A stretch of DNA of 64,000 nucleotides from Heptranchias perlo (taxonomy: Eukaryota), in NCBI RefSeq assembly GCF_035084215.1, contig NC_090367.1, positions 1,922,001 through 1,986,000 on the forward strand, read 5' to 3'. Below the pieces are notes generated by a model. That model saw only the letters and a program-made list of their open reading frames with translations. It was not told the origin of the DNA and did not search any database. Shown one piece after another: positions 13,518 through 26,864 of this stretch; within the stretch, counting starts at the first letter, position 1, and each line of letters starts with the position of its first letter. A program made the translations under genes and the position numbers.

Positions 13518-13894
13518 CTATAAAATAGGAAGAGTTATTTTGGAAAATAAAGCCACTAGAAAAACTAGGCAAAATACACGAACACAGGCATTTGGATCCG
13601 TCTTCCACAATGGGAATTCCCATATATAGCAGCAAACAATACCAAGTGCACTCATAGCACCAGAAGTAAGGTATGTCCCCCATAGTGAAGGAGATTTAAA
13701 ACAGCCATAATTGGCCCCATTTTTAGTCTCTCCCACCCCCATTTTCCAGCCAAAAGAAAGCAGTGGGGTGATGACATTCCCTGACCTGGATCACTGGGTA
13801 CTAAAACCACCTGTCTGCTCGAGTATCAATTTCAGCATTACTCTTTAATCCTACCCAAGCACAATAAGAGTGGAGGTAAGGACAGAAAACTCAC

Positions 13895-14015
13895 CTGCTG
13901 ACATTTCTTTATGACCTCTGGAGTCCTATGCTCTGCTAGTGACTTATTGTAATACCGAATGGCATCTTTGTACTTGTCTTGCTTGAAGTAGGAGTTTCCA
14001 ATTCGTGCATATGCC
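13895..14015 (-). CDS. STIP1: STIP1 exon 8
   Basis: [40 protein letters not shown]; 121 nt. Confidence 0.98.
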
Positions 14016-14374
14016 CTGAAAAGATGCAAGGAAGTTAAGTTTTCAACTAAATGGAATTAAATGGACAATGTTGATAAGTCTTTATTATTTGTATCAAGGC
14101 ATACACAAGCTTTAATCTCCTCCCTTACCACCTGGCTAATCATATTCATGTAAAAGAATCTTAGTCCTATGCACTTAAGAATGAGGATCATAAAAGTTAA
14201 TCATTGTATTTCAACAAGATATTGTGGAATAGCATTACCTTATTGCTCCTGTTCAACCTTAAAACAAAATCAACTAGTTTTAAAAAAAGTATGCTCACTT
14301 TAGGCTGTCCTCTTTTCTTCTCCCAAAATGGTGAAGAAGAGGACTGTTCAAATAATGGAGTGAGCAGTCTTAAA

Positions 14375-16210
14375 GTTAGTGCTCAGCAGCTGGATTAGTC
14401 CACATATCACATTTATTCAGCTTACCATGACCGGCTCCCATTCTCCTGGTATAGTCTCATCTTTGCTCCTTCAAGTCAAAGAGCACAACCAAGTCTACCA
14501 TCAATCAGCTGTCTACATCAAGCTCTACTGGGCCTCACTCTTCTATGCAACATTCCTCCCCCCCCACAAACTACTCCGGGATCATCCTAGAGAGCAAAGA
14601 TAACACTGGCTTCTTCAATCCATGACCAACTGTCTCCTTAAATCCCTCTAGCCTTACCTCTAACAAGAAGCGCAAGGATAGAGACCATCCGTTCAGCTGC
14701 CTCTGCTGCTACCCTCCTCCACTAAACCAAACCTCCCCTCAGGACCCTGCCCAAGCCTTGAACACCTGTCTTTCTCTAATTTCTCTCTTCAGGCGCTCTC
14801 TGAGCTCAACAGATCCACAAGACCCACGTCCTTCTCCCTTGACCCCACTCCCACTAAACTGTTGACCATCCAACTTCCCTTTCCAGGCCCCATGCCAGCA
14901 GACATTGTAAATGGTTTCCTCTCCTCAGGCAATGTCCCCCTCATTTTCAAGACTGCAATCATCACTCCCTCCTCAAAAAAAAAAATCTATCCTTGACTCC
15001 TCTGTCCTTCAAAGTGTTGCTGCCTCCCGAATCTTTCTTGCAACCTGTTTGAATCTCTCCAATCAGGTTTCCACTCCTTTTATAGCATCAAAACGGCCCT
15101 AACCAAGTTCACAATCGATTGTCTCTTTGACCACGTACATAATCCCTCTTCATACTACCTGCAAGCCTTTGACACAGTTGACACAATCCGCTTATAATGC
15201 TTTTCGTCCACTGCCCTCGATTGATTCCACTTATACTTCAAACGTAGCCAAACAATTTCCAATAGTAATTTCTCTTTCCACCTCTGGGAGTTCCCCTTCT
15301 CTGCCGCAGACACATCCTTGGCCCCCTCACCTACATACTTGTCCCTTAGAGTCATCATCTGCAAGTATCGGGTCAGCTTTCACATGTACGCTGGTAGTAC
15401 CCAACTCTATCTCTACACCACCTCTCGATCTTCTGCGCTCTCTTGACTGCTTCTTCAACATCCAGTCTTGGATAAACTGCAATTTCCTCCAACTAAACAC
15501 TGGGAAGGCCAAAGCCATAGTCTTCAGTCCTTGGCACAAACTCTGCCCCCCTGCCCCCACTCCATCTCCTTCCCCAGCTACTGTCTCAGGCTGAACCAGA
15601 CGATTTGCAACCTCTGCATCCTATTCGAATTTGAGATCATAAAGACAGCCTCCTTCCACCTCCGTAAGATTGCCCACCTCGATCTCAATCTATATGCTAC
15701 TAAATCCCTTAACCACACCTCTGTCACTTCCAGATTTAAATATTCCAATCCTCCCCTTGGCTGGCCTCTCACCCTCTACTCTCCGGAAACTTCAGCTCAT
15801 CCAAATCTCTGCTGCCTGCAACCTATCCTGCACTAAGTCCCGCTATTCCATCACCCCTCTTTGCTCATCCAGTTATTTTAAAATGCTCATCCTCATATTT
15901 AAATCACTTCATGGCCTTAGCCCTTCCAATCTCTATAACCCCATTCCCCAAACTCCCCATTTCTCTGATTCTTGCTCATACCTTTGCTCCACCATTGATG
16001 GCCGTGCCTTCAGCCGCTCTGGAATTCCTAAACCCCTCTGCCTCGTCACCTCCCTTTGTTCCTTTAACACCTTCCTTAGAACCTCTCTTTAACCAAATTT
16101 TTGGTCATACCTCCTAATATCTCCTCCTTTGGCTCGACGTATGATTTTTGATTACGCCTTTGGGATGTTTTTCTACATTGAGGGCATTGTATAAATGTGA
16201 GTTATTGTCG
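14375..16210 (+). mobile_element. Degenerate L2-type LINE ORF2 3' portion
   Basis: Fragments WINCNFLQLNTGK, FHLRKIAHL, KLQLIQ; L2-like tail. Confidence 0.75.
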
Positions 16211-16319
16211 CTATGAAAAATACTACAACTAGGGCAGCAGCATTCAAAGGGTAATTAAACCTTTACCAGCAAATAGAGAGATGCACGTTTAGGGTAGACG
16301 TACTTTGCGAACATCTCCA

Positions 16320-19300
16320 TAGGTACATTGGAATATAGGAACAGGAGTAGGCCGTTCAGCCCCTCGAGCCTGCTCTGCCATTTGATAAGATCATGGCTGA
16401 TCTGTGATCTAACTCCATATCCCCGCCTTTGGCCCATATCCCTTAATACCTTTGGTTGCCAAAAAGCTATCTATCTCACATTTAAATTTAGCAATTGAGC
16501 TAGCATCAATTGCCGTTTGCGGAAGAGAGTTCCAAACTTCTACCACCCTTTGTGTGTAGAAATGTTTTCCAATCTCACTCCTGAAAGGTCTGGCTCTAAT
16601 CTTTAGACTGTGCCCCTACTCCGAGAATCCCCAACCAGCAGAAATAGTTTCTCTCTATCCACCCTATCGGTTCCCCTTAATATCTTATAATCTTTGATCA
16701 GATCACCCCTTAACCTTCGAAACTCCAGAGAATACAACCCCAATTTGTGTAATCTCTCCTCGTAACTTAACCCTTGAAGTCCGGGTATCATTCTAGTAAA
16801 CCTACGCTGCACTTCCTCCAAGGCCAACATCCGAAGGTGTGGTGCCCAGAACTGCTCACAGTACTCCAGGTGCAGTCTAACCAGGGTTTTGTATAGCTGC
16901 AGCATAACTTCTGGCCCCTTGTACTCCAGTCCTCTCGATATAAAGGCCAGCATTCCATTTGCCTTATTGATTATTTTCTGCACCTGTTCATGACACTTCA
17001 ATGATCTATGTACCTGAACCCCTAAGTCCCGTTGGACATCCACTGTTTTTAACTTTTTACCATTTAGAAAGTACCCTCTTCTATCCTTTTTTGATCCAAA
17101 GTGGATGACCTCACATTTGCCTACATTGAATTCCATTTGCCACAGTTTTGCCCATTCACCTAATCTATCAATATCGCTTTGTAATTTAATGTTTTCATCT
17201 ACACTGCTTACAATGCCACCAATCTTTGTGTCATCGGCAAACTTAGATATGAGACATTCTATGCCTTCATCTAAGTCGTTAATAAATATCGTGAATAATT
17301 GAGGCCCCAAGACAGATCACTGCAGGACTCCACTAGTCACATCCTGCCAATGTGAGTATCTACGCATTATCCCTACTCTCTGTCGCCTTTCGCTCAGCCA
17401 ACTTCCTAACCAAGTCCGTACTTTTCCCTCGATTCCATGGGCTTCTATCTTAGCTAACAGTCTCTTATGTGGGACCTTATCAAATGCCTTCTGGAAGTCC
17501 ATATAAATAACATCCATTGACATTCTCCTGTCCACTACTTTAGTCACCTCTTCAAAAAAATTCAATCAGGTTTGTCAGGCACGACCTACCTTTCACAAAT
17601 CCATGCTGGCTCTCTCTGATTAACTGAAAATTCTCGAGGTGTTCAGTCACCCTATCCTTAATTATAGACTCCAGCATTTTCCCCACAACAGATGTTAGAA
17701 TTATAGGTCTATAATTCCCTGGTTTCCCTCTCTCTCCTTTCTTAAAAAGCAGAGTGACATGTGCAATTTTCCCATCTAGAGGGACAGTTCCTGAATATAG
17801 AGAACTTTGAAAGATTATAGTTAGGGCATCTGCAATCTGCTCACCTACTTCCTTTAAAACCCTGGAATGGAAACCATCTGGTCCTGGGGATTTGTCACTA
17901 TTTAGTGCTATTATTTTCTTCATTAGTGTTGTTTTACTTATGTTCATTTTATTGAGTCCCTGTCCCCGATTCAATGTAAGTTTTCTTGGGATTTCCGGCA
18001 TGCTATCCTCTTTCTACTGTAAATACGGACGCAAAGTAATTATTCAACATGTCCACCATTTCCCCATTGTTGATGACAATATCCCCACTTTCAGTTTTTA
18101 AGGGGCCGACACTGCTCCTGACCACCCTCTTTTTCCTAATATAACTATAAAAGTTCTTTGTATTGGTTTTGATATCCGTTGAGAGTTTCTTTTCAATCTC
18201 TCTTTTTGTAGCTCTTAGTATTTGTTTCATGACCCTTTGTTGATCTTTGTATCTTTCCCATTCGCCAGGATCTGTGCCATTTTTTGCCTTTTTGTATGCC
18301 TGTTCCTTATGTCTTATACTGTCCCTTACCTCTTTAGTTGTCCATGGCTGTTTTTTTTTGGCAAATAGAGTTCTTGCCCCTCAGGGGTATAAAGCGATTC
18401 TGTATCACATTAAATGTTGCTTTAAACATTTCCCACTGATCATCAGTCATTTTACCCATTAACAGATTTGCCCAGTTTACTGTGGACAGTCTCTGTCTCA
18501 TCCCATGGATGTCGGCCTTACCCAAGTCTAGAATCTTAGCAGCTGATTCACTTTTTTCCCTTTCAAACACTACATTGAACTCGATCATGTTATGATCGCT
18601 GTTGGATAGATGTTCACACGCAGTTAAGCTGTTAACTAAATCTGGTTCATTACTCATTACTAAATCTAGTATGGCTTGCCCCCGTGTTGCCTCTAGGACA
18701 TACTGCTGTAGAAATCTATCCCGGAAACACTCAGCTTTGATGCTGGGTTAATCGCTTTACACCTTCTAGTTTTCACTGTATCTGTAGTGCCTTTCAGCTG
18801 CTCTACGCTTTTCCCTTCCCCTTGTTCTTGAACAACTATTTGTATTGTAAATTTCCTCTGGGTCCTCCCCTCTCTTGCTGCTCTCCTGACTCCACGCTCA
18901 GATTTCCATCCCCCTGCCACTCTAGTTTAAACCCTCCCCAACAGCAGTAGCAAACCGCCCCTGCAAGGATATTAGTCCCGGATCTGTTGAGGTGCAACCC
19001 ATCCGGCTTGTACAAGTAATCCCGAGATTACTACCCTTGAAGTCCTGCTTTTTAAACTTATTTCCTAACTCCTTATATTCTGCTTGCAGGACCTCATCCC
19101 TCTTTTTACCTATGTCGTTGGTACTGATATGGTACCGATACGTCCTCTGGCTGTTCACCCACCCCCTTCAGAATGTCCTGCAGCCGCTCAGTGACATCCA
19201 TGACCCTGGCACCAGGGAGGCAACATACCATCCTGGAATCACGTTTGCCGCCGCAGAAACACCTGTCTGCTCCCCTAATTATAGAATCCCCTATCACTAG

Positions 19301-19455
19301 TGCTCTCTCGACCTTTCTCCTCCCCACCCTGTGCAGCTGAGGCACCCATGGCGCTTTGGACTTGGCTCTGGCTGCACTCCCCAGAGGAACCCTCTCCCCC
19401 ACCAGTACCCAGAACTGAATATTGGTTGGAGAGTGAGATGCCCTCAGGGACTCCT
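16320..19455 (-). mobile_element. Young CR1 LINE (ORF1 esterase part plus disrupted ORF2) in STIP1 intron 7
   Basis: ORF1 LVIGDSIIRG...CLPGARV; RT KSPGPDG, DFQKAFDKVPH, KFADDTK; internal deletion at ~18733; CR1 tail at ~16320. Confidence 0.95.
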
Positions 19456-19805
19456 GAACTACCTCCATGGAGAACTTTAAAACTTTGACTTGCACATTGT
19501 ACAAAGGTTGTGTACGAAAAGTTTGCAGTTGTATTTTAGAATTGGAAAGAACAGAATCAATAGTACTCAACTCATGTACAGTAGATCGAATACTATCAAT
19601 GCTTATACCCCCCTCCCAAATATAGTTAAAATAATATAATGGGGCATAAAAATGACACTGATCCACCAGACCTGAGCCAGTGAACGACTGGTCCACGGGG
19701 ACTTAGGAATCTTACAGTGCAGTGAATTGTTGTACACTGAGTTCAGTGAATTCTACAATATTTTATCAGTAGACAAATTTTGTTGACTGCACATGGTTCA
19801 CTTAC

Positions 19806-19908
19806 TTTGCAATTGGCCTGTAATCTTCACGGTTTTCCCGTCCTACTTCAATGGCGTTTTCACAGATTTCACGGCATTTGTCAAATTCATTTCGCTCAAA
19901 GTACACAG
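19806..19908 (-). CDS. STIP1: STIP1 exon 7
   Basis: [34 protein letters not shown]; 103 nt; acag/GTAAG. Confidence 0.97.
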
Positions 19909-20527
19909 CTGTAAGAACAGAACAATATTTCAAGAGGTAGACTCAGCTAATTCTCACTGCAGACAAGTTGTTTTTTTTAAATAAAAGAGGGAAATCATTT
20001 ATTCCACGTTCACATCCTGTACCAACCCAACTGAGGGGGATAGACAAGCAACCAGCTCCCAGGTATCTGGAATCGCTATCTCAAAATCAGCTACAAGGGA
20101 GATAGCTGTACATGAACAACCTCGAGAAAATCCAACCAATTTTCCGTGAGCAAGTGTCTGGCTTCCACTTAACACAGAAAGGAAGTTTTGGGGGGGTGGG
20201 GGGTGGAGGAAGGGAAGGAGAGAGTAGAAATTCAGTGTACGAAGGATTATGCAGGCCACTTCTCCATGGTACAAAGCACCTACAAATTTCATAATATACG
20301 TTGTTAAAATAATTAAAACCCTTCATGACTGGTATGACAGTTTTTCCCCTTTTCTTCCCCTCTCACTTTTAAAGCCCATCAAGCACAATTCCCAAGAGAG
20401 CAGTCAAGTGACCTTCTCCAGGGTCCAGATAATGCAACAACATGTGGACTGGAGCCAGATGGGTCCTGACCTCTGATGGGCCTTCTGATGACAGAGTGCA
20501 AGAAATATAATTCACTACAATCCTCAC

Positions 20528-20654
20528 CTGCTTTGTTGGTTAAATAGGTCATATTCGTAGGGTCAAATTCTGCTGCCTGCTCATAATGCTTTAATGCTGT
20601 TTCAAAGTCCTTTTTTTTGTAGGCTTCATTACCCAATTCTTTCTCTTTCAATGC
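20528..20654 (-). CDS. STIP1: STIP1 exon 6 (TPR2A)
   Basis: [42 protein letters not shown]; 127 nt. Confidence 0.98.
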
Positions 20655-20769
20655 CTAAGAATTAATTTAAAAATACATATTTAGGATAATAATGGGAATG
20701 ACTGCGAGGTAATTTAATCATGATATTGCATTCCAAAGTGACAGAGGGCCCTTTTAGATAGTAATGTAC

Positions 20770-20932
20770 CTTTTTTTTATTTTCAGGGAGCTCCTCATCC
20801 ATTGGCTCTGGTTTAGTTTCTTTTTTGTGTTGGGGTGGAGCAGGATTCTCTTCCTCATCATCATCTGTGCCTTGCAGATCAATTCCAAGCAAAACACTTA
20901 GCGTGGTCATAACTCTGGGATCTTGCAGTCTC
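20770..20932 (-). CDS. STIP1: STIP1 exon 5
   Basis: [53 protein letters not shown]; 163 nt. Confidence 0.97.
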
Positions 20933-21374
20933 CTGAGAAAGCAGAAAGGACACCAGCTGCTTACTGTACATTCAACAACACACACTTTGCTCCTAACTAG
21001 AAGAGACAGCCAGCGATCTGTCCGACTATCTTTCAGAGGAAGACCAATGTATATTTTGTAGGGTAATAAACTTTAGAAATTCTTCAGGCTATTCTGGTCA
21101 CAGCTTTGATATAATTCAAACTGCACTCACTTAAGCAGTACCCATTTATTTGGCAGACTGGTTAAATGCACAGCCCAGTTTAGTGCAGTTTTAGCTAGAA
21201 AAATGTTAATATAAATGGGATTCAATGTACTATACAAGCGCAGGCCTTGCATTATGATCACTGTTCTTAAAAAAAAGAATCGATTTGGACTTACATTTTC
21301 CATTCCACTTAGAAAGAGACAGACACATTAACTCTGCACCTCTCTCAAACACCACAAAAAATTGGGACTTATTT

Positions 21375-21700
21375 CCCTGATTGTTCAGCCACAGACAAGG
21401 AAAGATCCAGGTTTGATCCGTAGTATGTGCTGGGTTACCTCATTTCAGCCAGGGCAGTGATATGATAGCTCCCTAGGTTAGGAAAGAGAACAAACAAAAG
21501 GGTTGCCCTTCCCAATTGCTATTGGATGATTCCTTATGGAAATACATGTGAACTTGGGCTCAGGGGTGATGCCCTCCCCTGTAAATGAATGGCTTGCCAA
21601 CACTTATTCCTTGTGTTTACACATGAAACACTACCAGAGCACAACTGTGGAATTGTACTGCTCAAGAGAATCAGCAACTTCAGGAGAGGGGCAACGGAGG
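21375..21700 (+). mobile_element. AmnSINE2-like SINE
   Basis: CCAGGTTTGATCC...TGTGCTGGGTTA...CTTCAGGAGAGG; related copies at ~10735-10960, 37045-37290, 38540-38800, 44290-44540, 56115-56430, 59860-60120. Confidence 0.6.
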
Positions 21701-22011
21701 AGAGAAGATTGATAAAAAGAGATTGAAACTTGCTGCATGGGTAAATAAAGGGCAGAAGCTGGGGTCATTTCATTCAGTATCTACTGCATTGTACTCATTT
21801 CACCAGATCTTAAATTTATATTCTAAAAGTATGGGTTTAGATCTGGAGTTGGAGTTAAGTATTCAGTATGGCTAGAATAGCATTAAAAAAATTCAGTGCA
21901 AAATGAGATATTAGCCAGCATTCTGGGTGACTTCAAAGTCAATCTTCTATCTAACTAAAAATTCTCCCAAATGATAATGGAATACCCTGAAATGGAAGAG
22001 ACTACACGTAC

Positions 22012-22153
22012 GTGGCTAGGTCAGCTGGTTTGTTTTTCAACTGTTCAATCATTTCTCTGTAGCTAGGGTCACTCAGTAGTGCCCTTGTCCTGGGGTCGCT
22101 CTCCAGCTTCTGGTACAGGTTCGGAGAAGCGAACGGGTTCATGAACTTCTTTT
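22012..22153 (-). CDS. STIP1: STIP1 exon 4 (DP1)
   Basis: [47 protein letters not shown]; 142 nt; tgcag/GTACGT. Confidence 0.97.
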
Positions 22154-22356
22154 CTGCAAAGAAAACAAATCACATTACTATATAGTGTCCAATAATAGAA
22201 TTATTTTGCATTTACAGTCTATTTTTGCACTGAAAATATGAATCATTCAGTAATGTGAATTAAGCAAAACATCACAGGAGGCTTTTTAAAAAGTAAAAAA
22301 AAATCCACTAATTCTAATCAAGAGGCTGAATTAGCAGAAATAGATTGTAAATAGCA

Positions 22357-22515
22357 ACATACCAGGGTAGATTTTCATCTTTAACGCCTGGGCAGTAATC
22401 TAGTGGAGTGGATCGCCCACCCAATTTTCATTCCATTGATTGTGATAGAGTGAAAATCAGGCGCTCTGTCAGATTACCACCCAGACATTGAAGACAAAAA
22501 TCTACCCTGGTATGT
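22357..22515. mobile_element. MITE-like palindrome in STIP1 intron 3
   Basis: Terminal ACATACCAGGGTAGATTTT ... AAAATCTACCCTGGTATGT plus internal complementarity. Confidence 0.8.
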
Positions 22516-22926
22516 CAAAACATCTTAAAAAGCACTTCATATAATCAATTACTCCTATCTGTTTCCTGACCAGAATCTGCTTCAAATTCCCTAATGAGAT
22601 GATAGGCAGGTGATCTGTTCCAAGGCACTTGAGTAGGACTTGGATTTTCTTTGCGAGAAAGGAAGGAATACACCTAGCCATTGATGCTCACCAGTGGCTC
22701 ACCAAGCCAAGATTGACACTTCAGAAATTGCACATGCAAATCTTTACCTTTCTGTGCACTGCATCAGCCTTTCATCCCACTGGCCAGCTCTATTTTTGTG
22801 ACAGCTTAAGTTGCTACAATACTGCAATATTGTACTGCAATATTGTACTATTTGATTCTTTCCAGTTCAAATGGCCAACTCCACCCTATATTAAGAAGTT
22901 TGTAAAAGTTAGATTTAGTGTCTTAC

Positions 22927-23068
22927 CTGCTAGCCTGGCATCCACATTTTGCATTCCCTCCTTCAGCTGTTGGCTCCCTGGTTCGTGCTTTAGTCCCTCC
23001 TCATATGTTTTCTTCGCCTCCTCAAAGCGATTAAGGAATTCCAAGGCTGCAGCCTTCCTTGAATAGCC
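22927..23068 (-). CDS. STIP1: STIP1 exon 3
   Basis: [47 protein letters not shown]; AG/GT boundaries; 142 nt. Confidence 0.97.
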
Positions 23069-23134
23069 CTAAATGTGGCACAATTATTAAAACAAATATT
23101 TTCAGGCATAAAAATATGAATGCAAGTTACAAAA

Positions 23135-23430
23135 AGTTATAGAATTTACAGAACAGAAACAGGCTATTTGGCCCAACTGGTCTGTGCTGGTGTTTATGCT
23201 TCACACAAGCCTCCTCCCCACCCTATCAGCATAGCTTTCTATTCCTTTCTCCCTATGCTATTTGCCTCAACTACTCCTTGTGGTAGGCAAGTTCCACATT
23301 CTCTCCAATCGGAGTGAAGACGTTTCTCCTAAATTCCTTATTGGATTTATTAGTGACTATCTTACATTTGTGTCCTCTACATTTGGACTCCCCCGCAAGT
23401 GGAAATATCTTCCCTATATCTACCCTAATA
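23135..23430 (-). mobile_element. CR1 3' fragment
   Basis: IFPLAGESKCRGH...FRRNVFT. Confidence 0.75.
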
Positions 23431-23534
23431 AAGAGGAAACTTGTGGGGAGCGCACTTGAGGTGCTGTGCCAGCAGGCAAGGCTCATGGCCGGGACTTGCG
23501 CTCGGGACGTCGGCCCCTGGAATGTTTCAACAAT

Positions 23535-23880
23535 AACTTGCATTTATATAAAAGTGTCTTTTAACGAAGTAAAACATCCCAAGGCGCTTCACAGGAGCAT
23601 TACCAAACAAAATTTGACACCGAGCCACATAAGGAGATATTAGGACAGGCGACCAAAAGCTTGGTCAAAGAGGTAGGTTTTAAGGAGCGTCTTAAAAGGA
23701 GGAGAGGTAGAGAGGTGGAGAGGTTTAGGGAGGGAATTCCAGAGTTTAGGGCCTAGGTAACTGAAGGCACAGCCGCCAATGATGCAGCGGTTAAAATCGG
23801 GAATGCGCAAGAGGCCAGAATTGGAGAACTGGGAGGTTACAAAGAAAGGGAGGGGTGAGTTTAAGATCATAAAACTCACT
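23535..23880 (-). mobile_element. L2-type LINE 3' fragment
   Basis: GGCAFSYLGPKLWNSLPK...FKTLLKTYLF. Confidence 0.8.
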
Positions 23881-24297
23881 CCCAACAGCTCTTTGGTTAA
23901 CAGATCTCCTGTGTTTAGGAGGGAGAGAACATTTTACGGGGTAGGAGAAATCAACCTGCGTTGGAAATCTCCAGTTATTGTACAAGTTTAAGGGAATTCG
24001 GAACTTTCCACAAGAGCATGTTTATCCTTGAACTGCTGCACCCTGTTTTGCCATTCACAGTTTCAAAATTAAGATTGGAGAACCTGGACCCCAGTGGCAC
24101 AACATCGTGATGTACAAGCACTTAACACAATACAAGTTAGAAACTGAAAGTGAACAAAAATAGAAACACAGAGACTAAAAAACAAAGTTGTATTTATGCC
24201 TTTATGCCCTCAGGACAGTACAAAAAGCTTCACACAATGAACTGCTTTTGAAACATAGTCACTTAAGTTTTAGGTAAACACAGCAGCCATTTTGTTT

Positions 24298-25240
24298 TAC
24301 ATACAAGAGTTCTATATACAAATGCATGGAGTATAAGGAATAAATTAAATGAACTACAGGTTCAAATTCAAATTGGAGGGTATGACATGATAGCTATTAC
24401 TGAGACTTGGCTGCAGGATGGTCAGGATTGGGAACTAAATATACCAGGTTATAAGGTCTACAGGAGAGATAGGGAAAATGGAAGAGGGGGAGGAGTAGCC
24501 TTAGTGATGAGAGATGAAATCACTTCAATGATAAAGGGGGATATAACGAGAGGTAAGCACCCATCAGAGACGTTATGGGTTGAATTGAGAAATAGGAAAG
24601 GATCTAAGACTATAGTGGGAGTTGTATATAGGACCCCTGGCAGCAGCTCTGAAGTGCTAGATTGTATAAATGCAGAGATTAGACAAGCGTGTAAGAAAGG
24701 CATAGTGGTCTTAATGGGGGACTTTAACCTTCACATAGATTGGGAAAAGCAGTCTAGCAACTGTCAGAAAGGTAGTGAATTTCTTGAGTGTTTCTGGGAT
24801 AGATTTCTACAGCAGTATGTCCTAGAGGCAACACGGGGGCAAGCCATACTAGATTTAGTAATGAGTAATGAACCAGATTTAGTTAACAGCTTAACTGCGT
24901 GTGAACATCTATCCAACAGCGATCATAACATGATCGAGTTCAAGGTAGTGTTTGAAAGGGAAAAAAGTGAATCAGCTGCTAAGATTCTAGACTTGGGTAA
25001 GGCCGACATCCATGGGATGAGACAGAGACTGTCCACAGTAAACTGGGCAAATCTGTTAATGGGTAAAATGACTGATGATCAGTGGGAAATGTTTAAAGCA
25101 ACATTTAATGTGATACAGAATCGCTTTATACCCCTGAGGGGCAAGAACTCTATTTGCCAAAAAAAAACAGCCATGGACAACTAAAGAGGTAAGGGACAGT
25201 ATAAGACATAAGGAACAGGCATACAAAAAGGCAAAAAATG
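24298..25240 (+). mobile_element. CR1 ORF2 endonuclease-only internal fragment in STIP1 intron 2
   Basis: IAITETWL...GGGVAL...MGDFN...SDHN (APE endonuclease); no 3' tail. Confidence 0.93.
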
Positions 25241-25606
25241 CAGCAGCCTATCAATCTGGAGGGTGGTAAACCTGCTTAAAAAATTAAAAAGACATCCTGA
25301 CGTCAAAATCACCAGGAAGTCCAGGAAACCCATACTTCCGGGTTTCCCACCTGGAAAAGCTCCCCCCACCCCTCTATCTGCAGCTCAGAGTAAAAATCCA
25401 GGTCCTAGTGTCCAGCTGGCAATCCTCCCTCAACCAACCAAAGCCATCAAAAACAGATCAACTTGCATTTATACTGCACCTTATCACAAATGTTCTCCAA
25501 AGCACTTAATGTTCAACAAATTACCCGGAGGTACAGTGATTTATGTAGGCAACCGCGACCATCATTTTGTGCAGAGGTTAACTGCATTTCCTGAAAGATA
25601 GCCTAC

Positions 25607-25816
25607 CTTGCCCCAGTCTGGCTTAATTTCAACAGTTTTGCAGCCATCCTCATAGGCTTTCTGATACTCTCCCTTTTTGGCATAAGCAGCAGACCGGTTG
25701 CTGTAAAGGACGTGGTTCTTGGGCTCCAGCTTTATGGCTTCACTGTAACATATGATGGCATCATCTATCTTCCCGGCACTTAGGGCTTGGTTGCCCTTCT
25801 CCTTAAGTTCATTCAC
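25607..25816 (-). CDS. STIP1: STIP1 exon 2 (TPR1)
   Basis: [29 protein letters not shown]...KPDWGK; ttag acceptor, GTAGGC donor; 210 nt. Confidence 0.98.
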
Positions 25817-26864
25817 CTAAGAGAAAAATAAAAAGTTAACATACTAGAATAAGACTATTGTTTCATCTTATGCTGTTGCACGAGTCTACCGTTAATTACT
25901 ATTCAACCACATTGATCAAGGTCATTATTTAGACATTGGCAGCTTTGGGCCTGAATCCACACAGTGCTGTTTTAACCTTACTTTTTGTATTCTCAATATA
26001 ATCATTTCTTCCTTTCATAAAGAGATAGTCTATGTCTATTTTAATTAGTAAACTATTCTAAAAATCCACTCAGCTTATTAAAGCTGGTAATGGGACCCCC
26101 CACGTAGCCGGATATCAACGATCTTCAGCTGATCAGCAGTAAACGAAGCAGTCCAGTTCAGTGACAAGTTCTGAACCAGTTGACAAGCACCCACTCGAAA
26201 CTATCATCACAGCAACTTTTCTGCTCAACAGCTTCCCGAACACCACGCAGGAGTCTGGGAACTCACCACGTAGAAATTCATGGACACAAATAAACACCAT
26301 ACCACTCCATGACAGATACATTTATGTCCTCACACATTGCTAAATATCTAATTTTGGTTCCTCTGGGACAAGCAGATGAATTTGGATGCTGGACTTGTAC
26401 AAGATGTCGTCATTTTTACATACCGAGGTAAATAGGCATGCCAGTAATTACAGTTGTTATAAAGATTCCAGAGAGGCAATGACATCAACAGGTGCAGGGA
26501 TCTTTTTAAAAAAAAATCTGAACTGTCATAAGTTATTTCAATGATACTGAATTGTACCAGGATTGTAAGAATTTCATTCATTCATTACTGGCTGAAGACC
26601 AACAGAAATGTAAAGCTAGTGGCCCACTAGATTATGCCACTGATCTATTATAGGCAGCATAAATAGTACTTCAGCACAGAAACACTATAAATGAAGTGTC
26701 ATATTCCTGTAAAAGCTGTAGTAAATGTAACTATTGCTCCAGTGTCGGACTTACTTCACGTACCAAAACTATTAGGACCACAGAGGTGGTAGCAACAAAA
26801 AAGACTCCAACCATAAATTGTAAATATACATTAATGTTACCATTAGTCAAGATTAACACATTTT

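Noticed and set aside
22629-23066. 145-aa plus-strand ORF
   Set aside because: Antisense shadow of STIP1 exon 3 and intron
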